Assembly: GCF_009914755.1 (NCBI RefSeq)
Contig: NC_060926.1
From: the human T2T-CHM13v2.0 reference genome, Homo sapiens
Reading direction: 5' to 3' (one strand)
DNA: 64,000 nt
The notes beneath the pieces are model-generated. The model was not told the origin of the DNA. It saw only the letters and a list, made by a program, of their open reading frames with translations, and searched no databases. Shown piece by piece: positions 58,513 to 64,000 of the stretch (position 1 is its first letter; every line of letters begins with the position of its first letter). Made by a program: the position numbers and the translations under genes.

Positions 58513-59527
58513 TAGATGGCCGAATAGGAAGAGGTCCAGTCTGCAGCTCCCAGCGTGATCGATGCAGAAGACGGGTGATTTCTGCATTTCCAACTGAGGT
58601 ACCTGGTTCATCTCATCAGGACTGGTTGGACAGTGGGTGCAGCCCACGGAGGGCAAGCTGAAGCAGGGTGGGGCATCACTTCACTGGGGAAGTGCAAGGG
58701 GTCAGGGGATTTCCCTTTCCTAGCCAAGGGAAGCTGTGACAGACTACCTGGAAAAAGAGGACACTCCCACCCAAATATTGTGCTTTTCCAAAGGTCTTAG
58801 CAAACAGCAGACAAGGTGATTCTCTCCCGTGCCTGGCTCAGGGGTCACGGAACCTTGCTCACTGCTAGCGGCAGCAGTCTGAGATCAATCTGCGAGGTGG
58901 CAGCCTGGCTGGGGGAGGGGTGTCTGCCATTGCTGAGGCTGGAGTAGGTAAACAAAGCAGCCTGAAGCTCGAACTGGGCAGAGCCCACCGCAACTCAACA
59001 AGGCCTACTGCCTCTAGACTCCACCTCTGTGGGCAGGGCACAGCTGAACAAAAGGCAGCAGATAACTTCTGCAGACTTAAACATCCCTGTCTGACAGCTC
59101 TGAAGAGAGCAGCGGTTCTCCCAGCACAGTGTTTGAGCTCTGAGAATGGACAGGCTGCCTCCTCAAGTGGGTCCCTGACTCCTGTGTAGCCTAACTGGGA
59201 GACATATCCCAGTAGAGGTCGACAAACACCTCATATAGGTGACTGCCCCCCTGGGACGAAGCTTCCAGAGGAAGGATCAGGCAGCAATATTTGCTGTTCT
59301 GCAATATTTGCTATTCTGCAGCCTCCGCTGGTAATACCCAGGCAAACAGGGTCTCGAGTGGAACTCCAGCAAACTCCAACAGACCTGCAGTTGAGGGACC
59401 TGACTGTTAGAAGGAAAACTAACCAACAGAAAAGAATAGCATCAACATCAACACAAAGGTCATCTACACCAAAACCCCATCTGTAGGTCACCAACATCAA
59501 AGAACGAAGGTAGATAAAACCACAAAG
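58513..59527 (+). promoter_or_regulatory. L1PA 5'UTR internal promoter region (CpG-decayed)
   Basis: Position and sequence of a primate L1 5'UTR; promoter activity is known for the family but not shown for this copy. Confidence 0.55.
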
Positions 59528-60537
59528 ATGGGGAGAAACCAGAGCAGAAAAGCTAAAATTTCTAAAAATCAGAGCGCCTCTTCCCCTCCAAAGGACTGCA
59601 GCTCCTCACCAGCAGTGGAACAAAGCTGGATGGAGAATGACTTTGACAAGCTGACAGAAGTAGGCTTCAGAAGGCTGGTAATAACAAACTTCACCAAGCT
59701 AAAGCAGGATATTCGAACCCATTGCAAGGAAGCTAAAAACCTTGAAAAAAGATTAGAAGAATGGCTAACTAGAATAAACACTGTAGAGAAGACCTTAAAT
59801 GACTGATGGAGCTGAAAAACATGGCACAAGAACTTCGCGACACATGCACAAGTTCCAATAGCAGATTCAATCAAGTGGAAGAAAGGGTATCAGTGATTGA
59901 AGATCAAATTAATGAAATAAAGTGAGAAGACAAGATTACAGAAAAAAGAGTAAAAAGAAATGAACAAAGCCTCCAAGAAATATGGGACTATGTGAAAAGA
60001 CCAAATCTATGTTTGATTGGTGTACCTGAAAGTGACAGGGAGAACGGAACCAAGTTGGAAAACACTCTTCAGGATATTACCCAGGAGAACTTCCCCAATC
60101 TAGCGAGGCAGGTCAACATTCAAATTCAGGAAATACAGAGAACACCACAAAGATACTCCTTGAGAAGGGCAACCCCAAGACACAGATTGGGTTGTCAGAT
60201 TCACCAAGGTTGAAATGAAGGAAAAAGTGTTAAAGGTAGCCAGAGAGAAAGGTCAAGTTACCCACAAAGGAAAGCCCATCAGACTAACAGCGGATCTCTC
60301 AGCAAGAGAGTGGGGCCAATATTCAACATTCTTAAAGAAAATAATTTTCAACCCAGAATTTCATATCCAGCCAAACTAAGCTTCATAAGTGAAGGAGAAA
60401 TAAAATCCTTTACAGACAAGCAAATCCTGAGAGATTTTGTCACCACTAGGCCTGCCTTACAAGAGCTCCTAAAGGAAGCACTAAACATGGAAAGAAACAA
60501 CCAGTACCAGCCACTGAAAAACATGCCAAATTGTAAA
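59528..60537 (+). pseudogene. L1 ORF1p, disrupted
   Basis: MGRNQSRKAK... stops at 59806; later pieces KRPNLCLIGVPE and NFQPRISYPAKLSF are in separate ORFs. Confidence 0.93.
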
Positions 60538-60599
60538 GACCATCAATGCTATGAAGAAACTGCATCAATTAACAGGTAAAATAATGAGTGAACATCATA

Positions 60600-64000
<3,401 letters not shown>

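Overview
This is primate (very probably human) genomic DNA: AT-rich, CpG-poor, and dominated by transposable elements (by eye roughly two-thirds or more of the window). I see no supportable host protein-coding exon, RNA gene, CRISPR array or prokaryote-type system. The long ORFs in the track are broken LINE-1 ORF1/ORF2 pieces, Alu or LTR read-throughs, or simple-repeat artefacts. Main contents: a near full-length L1PB inside a hAT DNA transposon inside a MIR (2.1-10.6 kb); an MLT1 LTR split by an L1PA15-like LINE that itself holds a THE1D solo LTR and a complete MSTA-type MaLR provirus (11.3-17.9 kb); a decayed ERVL gag-pro-pol fossil (24.8-29.4 kb); an old minus-strand L1MA with a GC-rich repetitive 5'UTR, interrupted by Alus and an L1PA7 (34.6-42.6 kb); a palindromic 28-bp AT-rich VNTR (47 kb); and a twin-primed L1PA4-like element abutting a full-length, inactivated L1PA6/7 that runs off the window (57-64 kb). 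I did not find a new biological system. The most interesting signals are mechanistic scars: a ~290-bp target duplication with an in-register L1/L1 junction, a 40-bp templated copy 1.3 kb from its apparent donor, and apparent reuse of one L1 target site. Subfamily names come from recalled consensus sequences and need RepeatMasker/Dfam confirmation. Boundaries of the oldest repeats are approximate.
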